NCBI GenBank assembly: GCA_963849325.1
Contig: CAWKHF010000008.1
Location: 64,001-128,000 of the forward strand
Reading direction: 5' to 3'
DNA length: 64,000 nucleotides
Source of the DNA: an uncultured Planctomycetota bacterium
GTDB lineage: Bacteria > Planctomycetota > Planctomycetia > Gemmatales > Gemmataceae
Below are positions 1 through 11,267 of this stretch, in pieces (position 1 is the first letter of the stretch; each line of letters begins with the position of its first letter). The notes beneath the pieces are model-generated. The model was not told the DNA's origin. It ran no database searches and was given only the letters and a program-made list of their open reading frames with translations. Position numbers and translations under genes: made by a program.

Positions 1-620
1 CTGGACCGTCTCGCCGGCCGCGAGACGGCGGGCGATCTCGACGATCGTCTTCTCGCCCATGCCGTAGACGAGCAGGTCGGCCTTGCTGTCGAGCAGGATC
101 GAACGGCGGACGGTGTCGCTCCAGTAGTCGTAATGGGCCAGCCGGCGCAGCGACGCCTCGACGCCGCCGGCGATGACCGGCACGCCGGGGAACGCCTCGC
201 GGGCGCGGTGGCAATAGGGCAGCGTGGCGCGGTCGGGCGCAGGCCGATGCGGCCGCCGGGCGAATAGGCGTCGTCGTTGCGGACCTTCTTGTTGGCGGTG
301 TAGTGGTTGATGAGCGAGTCCATGTTGCCGGCGCTGACGGCGAAGAACAGGCGCGGCCGGCCGAACTGCCGCCACGGTTCGCAGCTGTGCCAGTCGGGCT
401 GGCTGAGCACGGCGACGCGGAAGCCGGCGGCTTCCAGCACGCGCGCCAGGATGGCCATCGCGAAGCTGGGATGATCGACGTAGGCGTCGCCGGTGACGAA
501 GACGACATCGACGTAGTCCCAGCCGCGCGCCCGCATCTCGGCGGCCGTCGTGGGAGCCAGCGGCGCGGCATAGCGTTCGTTCCACAAAGGCAGCGACAAA
601 CGGGGACTCGCGGGGTTCAT
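1..620 (-). CDS. ygiQ: YgiQ-family radical SAM protein, N-terminal part (runs off the window; frameshift ~235)
   Basis: Manual translation from ATG 620 gives [41 protein letters not shown] and [18 protein letters not shown], typical of the UPF0313/YgiQ N-terminus. Confidence 0.88.
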   Translation of the reverse strand, partial: MNPASPRLSLPLWNERYAAPLAPTTAAEMRARGWDYVDVVFVTGDAYVDHPSFAMAILARVLEAAGFRVAVLSQPDWHSCEPWRQFGRPRLFFAVSAGNMDSLINHYTANKKVRNDDAYSPGGRIGLRPTAPRCPIATAPARRSPACRSSPAASRRRCAGWPITTTGATPSAVRSCSTARPTCSSTAWARRRSSRSPAVSRPARRS

Positions 621-637
621 GGTGCTAACTCGAAGAA

Positions 638-765
638 GATTTCACCGCAGAGGACGCAGAGAGCACAGAGAAATAACCAAATAATGTCAGGACGGTCGTC
701 CTCCGCCCTTTTATCTTATCTGTTTTGGACTTCTCTGCGCTCTCCGCGTTCTCCGCGGTGAAATC
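638..765. repeat. 9-nt-periodic inverted-repeat element
   Basis: gatttcaccgcagaggacgcagagagcacagagaa ... ttctctgcgctctccgcgttctccgcggtgaaatc around an AT-richer spacer. Confidence 0.85.
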
Positions 766-767
766 GG

Positions 768-1554
768 TTAGAGTTGGGGCATGCGGCCGTCGCAGACGTC
801 GCGCTCCCACTCGTCCAGCAGCGGCCAGCCGATGGCGCAGGTGCCGAAGTCGGCCATGTACTGATACTGCGTCAAGCGATCGATGGCCTTCTGCACGATG
901 CGCGGATCGCGGCGGAAAGACGGGACCGTGGCTGGGCAGCAAAAACTCGGCGTCGTCGCGGTTGATGCGCTTGAGCGAATCGATGAAGTCCGGCAGGTTC
1001 GAGCCGTGGTGGGCGTCGATGACGCCGACACAGCTATCCTTGTAAATGTTGTCGCCGCTGAAGAGCAGGTTGCCCATCTTGAAGCTGAGATGGCCCGGCG
1101 TGTGGCCGGGCGTGTGCCACACCTTCAGACGCAGGTCGCCGACGGCGATGGTATCGCCTTCGTTGAGGAGTATGTCGATCTTGCAAGGAGTTAAAGGAAT
1201 CTCGATGCCCTGAGCCTTGATGGAGGCGTAGGTCTGGATCTCATCGCCCGACTCCAGCGGGGCGACGCTGAGCGGATGGGCGGCCACCTTGGTTTTGAGG
1301 ACGTCCTTGGCGTGCGACAGACCCTGGATGTGGTCGGCGTCGGCGTGGGTGGCGATAATCATCTTGCAGGTGGACAGGTTGAAATCCATCTGGCGGATCA
1401 GTTCGATGATCTCGTCCACGCTATCGAGGTAGCCGATGTCGATGAGCAGGAACTCCTCGCCGCCGTCGAGCAGGTAGACGTTGACGCCCAGGCGCCGGCC
1501 GGCCTGGTAGTTCATCTCGATGACTCGGGGGAAGAGATACTTCCGCGCCAGCAT
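768..1554 (-). CDS. MBL-fold metallo-hydrolase (frameshift ~918)
   Basis: [23 protein letters not shown] and LLPSHG motifs; the C-terminus continues in ORF 768..1031. Confidence 0.85.
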
Positions 1555-1744
1555 GGTTGCGGTCCCCGCCAGAGAAGACAGTCCTGTCTGTCATGATAGG
1601 AGGGGAGGGGACCGATTCAAGCCTGTACAGTGCCGCGCCGGCGAGCGGCCCTTGTACGGCCCGCGTCCGGCTGCTGCAATGAAAGTGGGAGATGCACACC
1701 GGCATCGTCCCGAGCGGAGTTGGCGTTTTTTCAGCGAGAGCCCC

Positions 1745-2062
1745 ATGCCAAATTTGACAATCACCATTCCCCATCAACTCGGCCGCGACGAGGCCAAGCG
1801 ACGCATCGGCGAACAGGCCGTCCAGTTGCAGAGCCAGCACGGCGGCATGTTGGAGCGCGTCGAGCAGCGCTGGGAGGGCGACACGCTGCACTTTCTCGTC
1901 GCGGCGGTCGGCCAGTCCATCTCGGGCACCTTGCGCGTGGCCGAGCAAAACGTGCATCTGGAAGTCGAACTGCCGTGGATGCTGGCGATGCTGGCCGGCA
2001 CTGTGAAAAAGCAGATCGAGCAGCGGGGCCGCAACTTGCTGGGCCATCGTCCCGGTGGCTGA
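1745..2062 (+). CDS. Polyhydroxyalkanoic acid system (PHA_gran_rgn) family protein
   Basis: MPNLTITIPHQLGRDEAKRRI...WEGDTLHF...VHLEVELPWMLAML pattern. Confidence 0.75.
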   Translation: MPNLTITIPHQLGRDEAKRRIGEQAVQLQSQHGGMLERVEQRWEGDTLHFLVAAVGQSISGTLRVAEQNVHLEVELPWMLAMLAGTVKKQIEQRGRNLLGHRPGG

Positions 2063-2067
2063 GAGCT

Positions 2068-2946
2068 TCAATTCTTCGCCGGGTCGAACAGCAACGGAAA
2101 GAACTGTCCTTCAACCTTCTGTCCCTTGGCGACGACGGGAACGCCCTGGAGCAACGGCGTGTTCGTGTTGGAAACAACGCCGTCGCGGAAAACATTGAGG
2201 ACCGTGGCGCGTCGCGGCCGATCCGTCCGGTTCTCGTAGGAGCCGTGTACCATCAGCGGATGGTGGAACGCCGCTTCGCCCTTCTTCATTTCGATGGCGA
2301 CCGGCTGGAAGTTCGCCTTCTGCTGGGGAGAGAGCACGTTCTGGATGGCGTGCATGTCGCCGGTCAGGCCGGTGATGGGCAGCAGTTGCCAGCGATGACT
2401 GCCGGGAACGTAGTGCAGGCAGCCGTTGTCGCGCGTGGCGTCGTCCAGGCCGATCCAGCACGTCAGATGGGCCATTGGCTCCGTCCGCGTCCAGTACGAA
2501 TAATCCTGATGCCAGGCGACGACGCCGCCATGATGGGCCGGCTTGCAAAAGAGCTGATCGTGCCAGAAGCGCACGGCGCCGCCCAGAAGTTGGCTAGCCG
2601 GCACCATGAAGGCGGGATGCCACAACAGATCGTGGAAGCCCGGCTGGATGCGCCAGGCGCCCAGGGCGTGGAACAGCACGCGCGACGGGTCGGGCGATTC
2701 GTTCGAGTGGAACTCGTGGAAGAGGTCGTTGCCGGGGTGCTTGGGGTCGAACAACTCTTGCAGCTCCGCGCGCAGACGATCGACCTGCTCGTCGTTGAGG
2801 ATGCGGACGCCGGACAGGTAGCCCTGTTCGTGAAAGAAACTCACCTGCTCGTCGCGGAGGCGATAGCGTTCCCACTCGCTGGGAGACCGGGAAGGCGCGA
2901 GCAAATCACCAACCAAGTCGTGGCGCCGCGACAAATCTTCGACCAT
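2068..2946 (-). CDS. Phytanoyl-CoA dioxygenase (PhyH) family Fe(II)/2OG dioxygenase
   Basis: [36 protein letters not shown]....RR. Confidence 0.88.
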   Translation of the reverse strand: MVEDLSRRHDLVGDLLAPSRSPSEWERYRLRDEQVSFFHEQGYLSGVRILNDEQVDRLRAELQELFDPKHPGNDLFHEFHSNESPDPSRVLFHALGAWRIQPGFHDLLWHPAFMVPASQLLGGAVRFWHDQLFCKPAHHGGVVAWHQDYSYWTRTEPMAHLTCWIGLDDATRDNGCLHYVPGSHRWQLLPITGLTGDMHAIQNVLSPQQKANFQPVAIEMKKGEAAFHHPLMVHGSYENRTDRPRRATVLNVFRDGVVSNTNTPLLQGVPVVAKGQKVEGQFFPLLFDPAKN

Positions 2947-3038
2947 GAGACTCTTCTCCGCACTCGGCAGGCTTCATACGGTGACAGTGCGGACAGCTTA
3001 CGAGTTTCGCCCGGCGATTCCAGGGAGCGAGGCCCATC

Positions 3039-3608
3039 GTGAACGCATCATTTGTTGCCGAGAAGTTCGCGGCAGCGCTGCCGTATGACCGTTATGTCGG
3101 CACCGGCACCGACGAGCAGCGGCGACGCTGGCAGCAAGTGTACGCAGCGGCGCGGCTGACGGACGCGCAGAGGCAACTCGTGGCCGGCTTCGGACGCGAC
3201 ATGAAGGTGTTGATCGTCAGCGGCATCTGGTGCGGCGACTGCGTGCAGCAGTGTCCGCTCTTGCAGCGCATCGCCGAGGCCAACGCGGCGCGCATCGACC
3301 TGCGTCTGCTCGACCGCGACGAACATCGCGAACTGGCCGACAAGGTGCGCATCAACGGCGGCGATCGCGTGCCGGTGGCGCTGTTCCTGGCCGAGGACCA
3401 TGAGCTTTGCTCCGTTTTCGGCGATCGCACACTGAATCGCTACCGCGCCCTGGCGGCCCGGCAGCTGGGACCGTCGTGTCCCACCGGCATCGTGGCGCCG
3501 GGGGCGGAGGAACTGACCGCGACGCTGCAAGACTGGCTGAACGAATTCGAGCGCGTCCAACTGATGCTACGCCTCAGCGCGCGGCTGCGGCAGAAGCATA
3601 ACGATTGA
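3039..3608 (+). CDS. Thioredoxin-family protein (Thioredoxin_9-like)
   Basis: WCGDC active site and cis-Pro loop GGDRVP; GTG start. Confidence 0.8.
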   Translation: MNASFVAEKFAAALPYDRYVGTGTDEQRRRWQQVYAAARLTDAQRQLVAGFGRDMKVLIVSGIWCGDCVQQCPLLQRIAEANAARIDLRLLDRDEHRELADKVRINGGDRVPVALFLAEDHELCSVFGDRTLNRYRALAARQLGPSCPTGIVAPGAEELTATLQDWLNEFERVQLMLRLSARLRQKHND

Positions 3609-3740
3609 CCGGACGTCGAAGCGATCATCGGCGTGCGCAACCTGACGAAAGTTCACCCCGACGCCGCGCGGGCCGTGCGGGGCGTGACCTTCCGGGTGGC
3701 GCGGCGCGTTCTTCGTCTTCGCCTGCGCTAAGTTTCGTCC

Positions 3741-4076
3741 TCAGCCCCGGCTTTCCGGCCTGTCTTCGGGTGGTCGGCGCACTCCCTCTTCCGCCCTCGG
3801 CGAACGTCCTGGAAGGAACGCCAGGATGATCCCCAGAGCAGCGCCGATAACGGCGCCTCCTCCGACGAAATAGCGGAAGAAAGACTTCAGATCCTCGCGG
3901 AGATCGGGACGCTGCTTCTCGCACCAGAGGTCAATCAGGCCGAGCAGAGCGCCCCCAAGAATGGCTCCGACGAACGCACCGACGGCCAGTATCGCGATAA
4001 GTCCAAAGCAAGCTGGGCGGGTCGATTGTCCCTTGGAAGGTATCCGCTCGGTTGGGGGCAAGTCCGAATAGGGCAT
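3741..4076 (-). CDS. Small hypothetical membrane protein
   Basis: Two Gly-rich hydrophobic segments; RBS-like aaggaagg upstream. Confidence 0.5.
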   Translation of the reverse strand: MPYSDLPPTERIPSKGQSTRPACFGLIAILAVGAFVGAILGGALLGLIDLWCEKQRPDLREDLKSFFRYFVGGGAVIGAALGIILAFLPGRSPRAEEGVRRPPEDRPESRG

Positions 4077-4199
4077 GTCAACCCTTCCTTTCGCCTCCGA
4101 GAACGAAGGTATCTTGCACGCGCGCAACTCGAAAAGATCACCTGACGACTGCGGCGTGCCCGTGCCCTCCCCGTGGCCCGGTGCACGGTGCGGGAAGTA

Positions 4200-6673
4200 T
4201 TAAGAGGGCTGTTCCAAGCGCTGCAAGGCGTCGTAGGCATTCGGCGCCAGCGGGTTGCCCTCGTAGGCGGTGACCTGCTTGTAGCACTTGGCGGCACGGA
4301 CGCGGTCGCCGAGCTGCTCGTAAGCCTGGCCCATCTTGTATAGCGTCCGCGCGCCGCTCTTGGAACTTTGCCGGAAGTCGATCAGGCACGGCACGGCCAG
4401 GTCGGCCCGCCCCACCTCCAGATACAGGTCGCTCAAGAGCTGGCAGCTCTGATACCAGGCATCCTCATCCTCGCCGCTGGCGAACTTCTCCGGCTTGGGT
4501 TGACGCACTTCTTCGAGCACGGCGATGGCCTTGTCGCGCTCGCCGTAACGCAGCAGCACCTTGGCCAGCAGCACCTTCACCGTCCGGCTGTCGGGCTGGA
4601 CGATCCGCGCCAGCTGGACCAGGTGATGGGCCACGTCCAGCCATTCCAGTTCTGTGTATCGGCCATCGAGGATCGAACGAGCCTTGCGCAGACAGTAATC
4701 CACGTCGAACCAGGCGCGCACCGATTCCTGACGCGCCTGCATTTGCTCCGGCATCACCGAGTAATAGAAATCGTCCTTGCGTTGCAGCAGCTCCTTGTCC
4801 TTGGGGTTGTAGACCAACGCCTGATCGTTGACGCGCGCGGCCGACAGGGCATCGCCCTTCTTGGCGTAGAGGCTGGCCAGGGTGCGCAGCGTCTCCAGGC
4901 CGGCGCGCTCGGACTCGGCGTAAAGGTGATAGTCCTCGATGGCGGCGTCGAGGTCGCCGCGGGCCAGGGCGTCCTCGCCGAGTAGCTTGACGGTGGCGAA
5001 GTACGCTTGCCGCTCGGCGTCGGCGAGGTTCTTCTGGCCGACGGCCAGGCCGGCGCGCTTGGCCAGCTCGTAGTTATGACGGGCGTCCTCGACGTGGCCG
5101 GCGCGTGGTGCGCCTGGGCGATTTGCACGAAGATCGTCGGGCCAAGGGTCGGCAGACCGCGCGCGGCCATGCGCAGATACTCGCCGCCGCGCTGCCAGCG
5201 AGCGTTGTCGTCGATCAGGGCCAGGCCAAGCTGCTGCACGTACTCGTGATCGAAGTGCTGGGCCGCGATGCCCTGGCCGGCGAAGGCGTCGTACTCCGGC
5301 TCGGTCACGTCCTGGTACAGCAAGCGCTTGAGGCCCCACACCGTCTGATCGTCGGGCTGTTCGGCCAGGTGGCGCTCGACAGCGGCGATGGCCTCCATGC
5401 GCCGGCCGGGCAGTGCAAGTTGCGGCTGGCCGACACGGCGGCGCAGCTCGTCGTGCAGCAGCAGGGCCAGCTGCCAGGCCGACAGCAGGACGTGGTGTCG
5501 CTGGGGGTTGCCCGGCCCGTAGTGCGAGGGGTCGAGGACGTGCTCCAGCTCGACGGCGGCCTCGTCGAAGCGGCGGCCGTGCGTGTGGGCGACGGCGCGC
5601 CAGTAATCGACCGACGGCCGCATGGCCGGCTGCAAGCGCAGCACCAGGTCGAGCAGGCGATGCGACTCGTCGAGTTGGGCGGCGGACGGACCCGGTTGCA
5701 ACAGCAGCGAGCCGGCGCGCTGCAAGCACAGGTCGAGATCGACCAGGGCCAGCGTCTGCGGATCGTGGGCCAACTGCTCCAGGTCGAGCGAGCGATGGAC
5801 GTCCCAGAAGCCGTCGCGGGCCAGGCGGTTGTTGGGGTCTAGCTGCAAGGCCCGGCGGAACGCCTGCAAGGCGCGGCGATGACGGCCGACACGAGCGTAA
5901 CTGAGGCCGCGGAAAGCGTGCTTGAGGACGCGCAGGCCCGGCAACACCTTCATGGTGTAACCGAAATACACCAGCATCGGCAGCAGGAACGCCAGGGAAC
6001 GAATCTGCATATAATCATAAGTTAGGATGCCCAGGCCGAGGCCGAGGCTGGCGCACATGACGCCGATCTCGATTTCGGACTCCTCCTCGTGGCCGGCGAA
6101 GGTCAGCAGATAGAAGAAGGGGATGCTGAGCAAGACCTGCACGGCGAAGACGGTCGAGTCTTCGAGGTGGTGCATCTGGGCCAGGTCGCCGAACTTGCCG
6201 AGCCAGTAGAGGAGTCCGCCGACCAGGCCGGCGCCGAGGGCCAAAATCAGGCCGATGCGCGTGAGCCGATGACGCACCTGTCGCAGCGAACCGAAGGCCA
6301 GGCCGGCGAGGGCGCCGCCGCCCAGTGTCGGCAGGAACAAGTCGGTGAGCCGAGGTTGATCGCCGATCAGCTGGCGGACCCAGGCGATGCCGCCGAGCGT
6401 GCCGCCGAGGATGCCGGCATACACCAGCGTCGGGCTTTCCAGGAGCAGAAACAGCGCGAAGACGAGCAATCGGCCGCGAACGCGATAGCCCTCGCGCATC
6501 TTGGCCAGCGCCGCCACGAGCAAGGCGAGGAGCAGACCGCCCAGGGCCAGCAGATTGACGCGCACCAGCGCGTCCCAGGAATGGTCGGCCGCCGCCGCCT
6601 GCTGCAAGGCGGCGTACAGCACCAGGCCGAGGTAAACGCCCTTGAGGAGATATTCGGTTGGCAGCCAGCGCAT
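4200..6673 (-). CDS. Multi-pass membrane protein with long C-terminal TPR region (frameshift ~5100)
   Basis: ORF 4754..6673 (several TM helices, then AFRRALQLDPNN) joins ORF 4200..5729 (TPR motifs, e.g. LYKMGQAYEQLGD). Confidence 0.8.
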
Positions 6674-6782
6674 GAGAGGCCGTCTCGCGGAGAACTCGGG
6701 TTCGGTAGGACTGTTGTGAAGGGTAACGACTTGACAGGCGGATGGGAAGGGGCGCAGCCATTCAACCGCTTGCGGAGGAACT

Positions 6783-6852
6783 TCGTTTAGCCGCGACGCG
6801 CAGCGGAGCGCGGGAGCAATCCCGCGCTCCGCTGCGCGTCGCGGCTAAACGA
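6783..6852. repeat. REP-like palindrome, family A (copy 1)
   Basis: cgtttagccgcgacgcgcagcggagcgcggga ... tcccgcgctccgctgcgcgtcgcggctaaacg. Confidence 0.9.
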
Positions 6853-6858
6853 GCAATG

Positions 6859-7973
6859 TTACTTACGCGAAGGACCGTCCCCGAACGTCAGCTTTTCCAC
6901 GCTCGCTTGTCTGCGAAACTCGTCGAAGGAGATCTTTCCCTCTCCCACTTGATCGAGCAGTTTCTTCGGAGCGGAGATAATCAACTTGACGGGCAGAGCG
7001 ACCTCCGCCGGCTTGCCGGCAGCAGGATCGTCCCTGGTGTTCCCGTTCTCTTTCATGAGCGTGAGGGACTGATCCAGCGCGGACCGGGCCTCTTCGAGAC
7101 TGGATAGCATGAGGTACGCCTGGGCCAGTTTTCGAGCCAGCACAGCCATCTGCTGCCGGCCGGGCTTCATGTCCAGGGCCTTCCGATAGGTGTCCCTGGC
7201 CATTCCGTAGTGCTCCTGTTTCATGTGCAAATCGCCCAGCAATTCGAGATCGCGCACCTTCGCCGCGAGGTAATCGTCTGTTCCCTCGTTCGGCGCGTTC
7301 GATTCCCTTTTCGCCTTTCCCCCTTGAGACTTTGGTGTAGTCGAGGATTGGTCCTGACCGCGCACGGTGATAACGAGGGTTACGCTTTCGTTCTCGCCCA
7401 GCTGGGAGAAGTGACGGCCGTTCTCCGCCAACGCCTTCAGCAAGACGTCGCTTAACTCCGGCGGCTTGCTCGTTTCAGTTTTTTTGGGGGATTCCTTCTC
7501 CTTGCGAACCTCCCGGCGAGCACGCTCCCATTCGCTGACCGGCCGGGCCGTCTCGGCCTTGGCGGGAGATTGCAACGAGGACAGCGTGGCCGTGTAGACA
7601 ACGCCTTTGTCCTTCAGATACACACCTTCCAGCGAAGGAGAAACTACCTCTTGCCATACCATTAGCGTCCCGCCCGTGTCATACCAAATTGGCGGGGCGA
7701 CGAGCAACTGGCCGCCCAGCGGCATCACGCCCATGCCCATCATTCCACCCTGCATGCCCATCATCCCGCCTCGGTTCTGCGGATAGTTGGTCCGCGGGTA
7801 AAGGGGGTGCAGCTTGCGATCCAGGATGCGCCGAAGATCTCGATGTCCTCATACATCTTGTTGTGGTCGGGGACCACTTTGATTTTGGAGGAGAAGGTAT
7901 ACGTCTGGGCGCGGAGCAGGCCCGGCGTGAGGACGGCAACCGACAGGGCCAGCACAAGGCAGCGCGGCATCAT
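6859..7973 (-). CDS. Secreted hypothetical protein with a TPR motif (frameshift ~7832), third gene of the ECF operon
   Basis: Signal peptide MMPRCLVLALSVAVL; MYEDIEIF continues after the shift into a Gly/Met-rich stretch and LGDLHMKQEHYGMARDTYRKAL. Confidence 0.7.
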
Positions 7974-8597
7974 GGTTTCTCTCCTTTGCGTGTCAAAAGG
8001 TAAAGGGCGGCCACATCGTGTTCGGTCGTGCTCCAGCGCTGCTCTCCCTGCGCCTGGAGCACCTGAACGTATCGTTGCAGTCGATCAAGCCGTTCCCCGA
8101 AGCGCTGATCGCGGTCATCGGCATCTTGCTTGAGGGCGTGGATCAGCTCACGGAGCACGCGCAGCTCCGCCTCCGTCTCCGGCGGCAGCTCGGCCTTCAT
8201 CACGATCACTTTGGGCGGAGCGGGAACGGGTGTAGCCGAGGGTGGATCGCCCCAGTACACGACCATTTGTCCCGTCCCCATGCGAACCTCCAGCCGAAGG
8301 CCCAGGACGAGCAGCAGCACGGCCGCGACGGCGCCGACGACCACGGCCCCGCGCCGCCAGCGCCGGAGGCGACGCGCCTGCCGCGCGGCGTGGGTGCGAT
8401 ACAGTTGCGACAGGTCCACCGCGACATCGGGGATGGCAGCATCGTCCAGCAGGCGGCGGACGTTCTCCAGCGTTTGCTGCTCGCGGCGGCAAGCGGGACA
8501 GTGGGCGAGGTGTTCTCGCAGCGCCGCCTGTTCGTGCGAGCCGGCGTCGCCGTAGATCAGCAGCGGCAGGGCCGCGCGCAGCATCGGTGCATGTCAT
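7970..8597 (-). CDS. Zinc-binding anti-sigma factor (zf-HC2) with one TM helix (frameshift ~8582)
   Basis: MTC..., HLAHCPAC (HxxxCxxC), then a TM helix; ATGA overlap with the sigma gene stop. Confidence 0.85.
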
Positions 8598-9139
8598 GGC
8601 TCAGTCTCCGGGGTGTCGTCGCACAAAGGCCGCAATCGCGGCCGCAGACGCTCCAGCGCCGCGCGGAAGCGCGACTTGACGGTGCTGGCCGGCTCGCCCA
8701 GCAAACGGGCGATGTCCGCGAAGCTCATCTCCTCGTAATGGCGCAGGACGAGGACGAGGCGCAGCGGTTCGGGCAGATCGGCGATGGAGCGAGCGACCAG
8801 CCGGCCGCGCTCGGCTTGCTCACAGGCGTCCTCCGGCGATGGTCCGCGAGCGGCGGTCTCCACGTCGCCGAGGTCGAGAGGTTCCTTGCGGCGGCGCCGG
8901 TTGGCGTCGCGGGCCACGTTCAAGGCGATGCGGTACAGCCAGCGCGAGAACGCCCCGGTCTCCCGATAGCGCGTGCGGTGCTCAAAGACGCGCAGGAAGA
9001 CCTCCTGGCACAGATCGGCAACCAGTTCCGGGCGGCCGACGAGATGGAAGAGAAAGCGAGCGATGGGCTGCTGCCAACGGCGCACCAGCCCCTCGAAGGC
9101 CATCGGGTCGCCGTCCCGCCAGTCCAGGTCCGGTTCCAT
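8594..9139 (-). CDS. ECF RNA polymerase sigma-70 factor
   Basis: DLCQEVFLRV, FSRWLYRIALN, LPEPLRLVLVLRHYEEMSFADIA...TVKSR; start codon uncertain. Confidence 0.9.
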   Translation of the reverse strand: MEPDLDWRDGDPMAFEGLVRRWQQPIARFLFHLVGRPELVADLCQEVFLRVFEHRTRYRETGAFSRWLYRIALNVARDANRRRRKEPLDLGDVETAARGPSPEDACEQAERGRLVARSIADLPEPLRLVLVLRHYEEMSFADIARLLGEPASTVKSRFRAALERLRPRLRPLCDDTPETEP

Positions 9140-9236
9140 GCCCGCGCTGCTCGTGAGAACGATCGAGCCTTCCCTCTTACTTAAACGCGGCAGGAGTCGA
9201 AATCGACGAAAGATTTCGCGCCTCATGCGATGCTCT

Positions 9237-9305
9237 CGTTTAGCCGCGACGCGCAGCGGAGCGCGGGAGCCTCCTCCGCGCTCCGCTGCGCGTCGCGGCT
9301 AAACG
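9237..9305. repeat. REP-like palindrome, family A (copy 2)
   Basis: Arms match those of 6783..6852. Confidence 0.9.
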
Positions 9306-9333
9306 GACATTTCGATGGGACAAAATCCGATTC

Positions 9334-10083
9334 TCAACCCGAACGCCAGCGTTCCAGGGCCGAGCGGCAGTGTTCGAGCAAATGGAGATCGATTAACTCG
9401 TCTTCGAGCTGGTCCGGCGTGGGATGGGTCATTGCCTGGGCGATCTCATCGAGCAGCAGGTCGGCGAAGCGTTCGCGCGCGCGTTCGAGGGTCTTACGCA
9501 CGCCGGCGGCGGTCAGCGACTTACCGAGGACGCGGCCCAGCGGTTCCGTCATCTCGTGGGAGCGCAGTTCCGGATGATCGGCGCGGAAACGGAGCACGGT
9601 ATGGAAACACTGGCCGTTAGCCTTGTCGGCGTCGGCCAGGGCCGCCCAGGTACGGGCCAACAGTTCGTCGCGCCAGCTGGCCAGGAAGGCTTGCTCCTGG
9701 ACGGCGTCCGGTTCGCAGATGACGCCTGGCTCGGGAGAGTCCGGCGCCATCTGGCGCGGCAGGCGCTGACGCTTCTTGTGGTAATCGGCGACCAGGTGGA
9801 AGAGGACGCCCTTGACGTAATCGCGGAAGCGGCCACGCTGCGGATCGACGCGGCGCATGTCGCCGTGCAGAAAACGATAGGCGAACTCCTGGAACAGGTC
9901 TTCGGCGGCGTCGGCGCCGTGGAGGGCGCCGAGCAGGTAGCGGCGGACGGCGCCGCCGTAGCGCTCCAGCATCTGCCGCTGGGCGGCGCCGACCTCGTCG
10001 CCACTGTCGTGGTGTGCCTGGCTGACCAGCGACCAGAGCGTGGTAATCCGGCTCAGACGCAGGTTCGAGCTGGGTTCGTTCAT
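9334..10083 (-). CDS. ECF sigma factor, planctomycete type usually associated with Ser/Thr kinases
   Basis: ITTLWSLV, AEDLFQEF, DPQRGRFRDYVK, VRKTLERARERF...LEDELIDL. Confidence 0.82.
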   Translation of the reverse strand: MNEPSSNLRLSRITTLWSLVSQAHHDSGDEVGAAQRQMLERYGGAVRRYLLGALHGADAAEDLFQEFAYRFLHGDMRRVDPQRGRFRDYVKGVLFHLVADYHKKRQRLPRQMAPDSPEPGVICEPDAVQEQAFLASWRDELLARTWAALADADKANGQCFHTVLRFRADHPELRSHEMTEPLGRVLGKSLTAAGVRKTLERARERFADLLLDEIAQAMTHPTPDQLEDELIDLHLLEHCRSALERWRSG

Positions 10084-10274
10084 GAAGATCACTCCTCGTT
10101 GAGGACGTCGTTGCCGAACTCACTCCTTATTCTATGTCCGGCGAGCCGTCGATTGTCACACTTTTCCAACTCGGACGAACAAGAGGGTGGCAGGAAGGAT
10201 CGACGGGCTCCCTTGCAGGCGTGCTGCACCGGTCTTCCGCGACCCGAGTCTTGTCGCAGGAAAAGGAGAACGCC

Positions 10275-10730
10275 ATGTCTCGGATTCTGTTGAGCGCGGC
10301 CGCCGGGATGCTAACACTGGCACTGACCAGCCCCGTCCGAGCCGGCGGCCACAGCCACCCAACCGGCTCGCACTCCGCTCCTCATGTTGGCGTCGTCTCG
10401 TCTCGCCACGTGGCGCCCCACGGATACCAGGCCCGCTATGGCACGCGGTACGGTCGGGGTTACTACTTCCGTCCGGGTCATTTCCACTGGAGCCATCGCC
10501 ACTGGTCGCGCCGTTACCACCGCTGGTACTACTGGAACCCGTACCTGAGTTCCTGGTACTACTGGAACGCCCCGAGCAACGGCTACTTCCCCGCTGCCGG
10601 ACTCGGTAGTGCCGGGATGGATCTGCCGCCGGCGCCGACCGGCCCCGGAAGCATGCTGTCCCCCGCCGATGCCGACAACATGCTCTCGCCCGCCGGACCC
10701 GGTAACGACATCCCGCCCGCCGGTTATTAG
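10275..10730 (+). CDS. Secreted His/Tyr/Trp-rich protein
   Basis: RBS aaggaga; signal peptide; HWSHRHWSRRYHRWYYWNPYLSSWYYW; Pro-rich tail. Confidence 0.7.
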   Translation: MSRILLSAAAGMLTLALTSPVRAGGHSHPTGSHSAPHVGVVSSRHVAPHGYQARYGTRYGRGYYFRPGHFHWSHRHWSRRYHRWYYWNPYLSSWYYWNAPSNGYFPAAGLGSAGMDLPPAPTGPGSMLSPADADNMLSPAGPGNDIPPAGY

Positions 10731-10771
10731 CCTGGCCGGTAAGATACACACGGACGAGTGGGATTCCAAAA

Positions 10772-10818
10772 AGGGTGTTCGATCCATTTTTGCGAAGCAA
10801 AGATGGATCGAACACCCT
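10772..10818. repeat. Inverted repeat (REP-like or terminator)
   Basis: 16-bp perfect stem agggtgttcgatccat / atggatcgaacaccct. Confidence 0.75.
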
Positions 10819-10913
10819 GCTTTCTTTGGGGTCCCTCGCAGAGATGGCAGGGTGGATATAATGGGCAGGGAAGTATCTCCGTAGAGAGAAGGTCTCTTGT
10901 CAAGGAGTCGCGC

Positions 10914-11267
10914 ATGGAACCCCTCGTCATCGTTGACCGCGGAGGCACTCCGCGGTTGGCGAACAGCCGCATCAACGTCTACGACGTGGTTCATTACCTG
11001 GAGTACGGCCACAGCGCCAACTACATCGCCCTTGTCCTCGGTATCCGGCTGATCGAAGCGGAAGCCCTCATCCAGTACATCGAGGAGCACAAAGAAGAGG
11101 TCATGGCCGTCCATCGGCAGATCGAGGAACGCATCGCTCGTGGCAACCCGCCGGAGATTGCGGCCCGGCTGGCCGAGTCGCCGATGCACGCCAAGATCCA
11201 GGCACGGCTGGCTGAGATCTTGCGCAAGCGCGCACAGGAGAAGAACGGTGAAAGCGATCCTGGGTGA
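10914..11267 (+). CDS. DUF433 family protein (putative antitoxin)
   Basis: GGTPRLANSRINVYDVV...IA..L.I....AEALIQY; RBS aaggag. Confidence 0.82.
   Translation: MEPLVIVDRGGTPRLANSRINVYDVVHYLEYGHSANYIALVLGIRLIEAEALIQYIEEHKEEVMAVHRQIEERIARGNPPEIAARLAESPMHAKIQARLAEILRKRAQEKNGESDPG

Noticed and set aside
1630-3042. Long alternative-frame ORFs (also 11409..12692, 21752..23098, 45635..47911)
   Set aside because: They are Arg/Ala/Pro-rich shadows overlapping well-supported genes, as expected in high-GC DNA.
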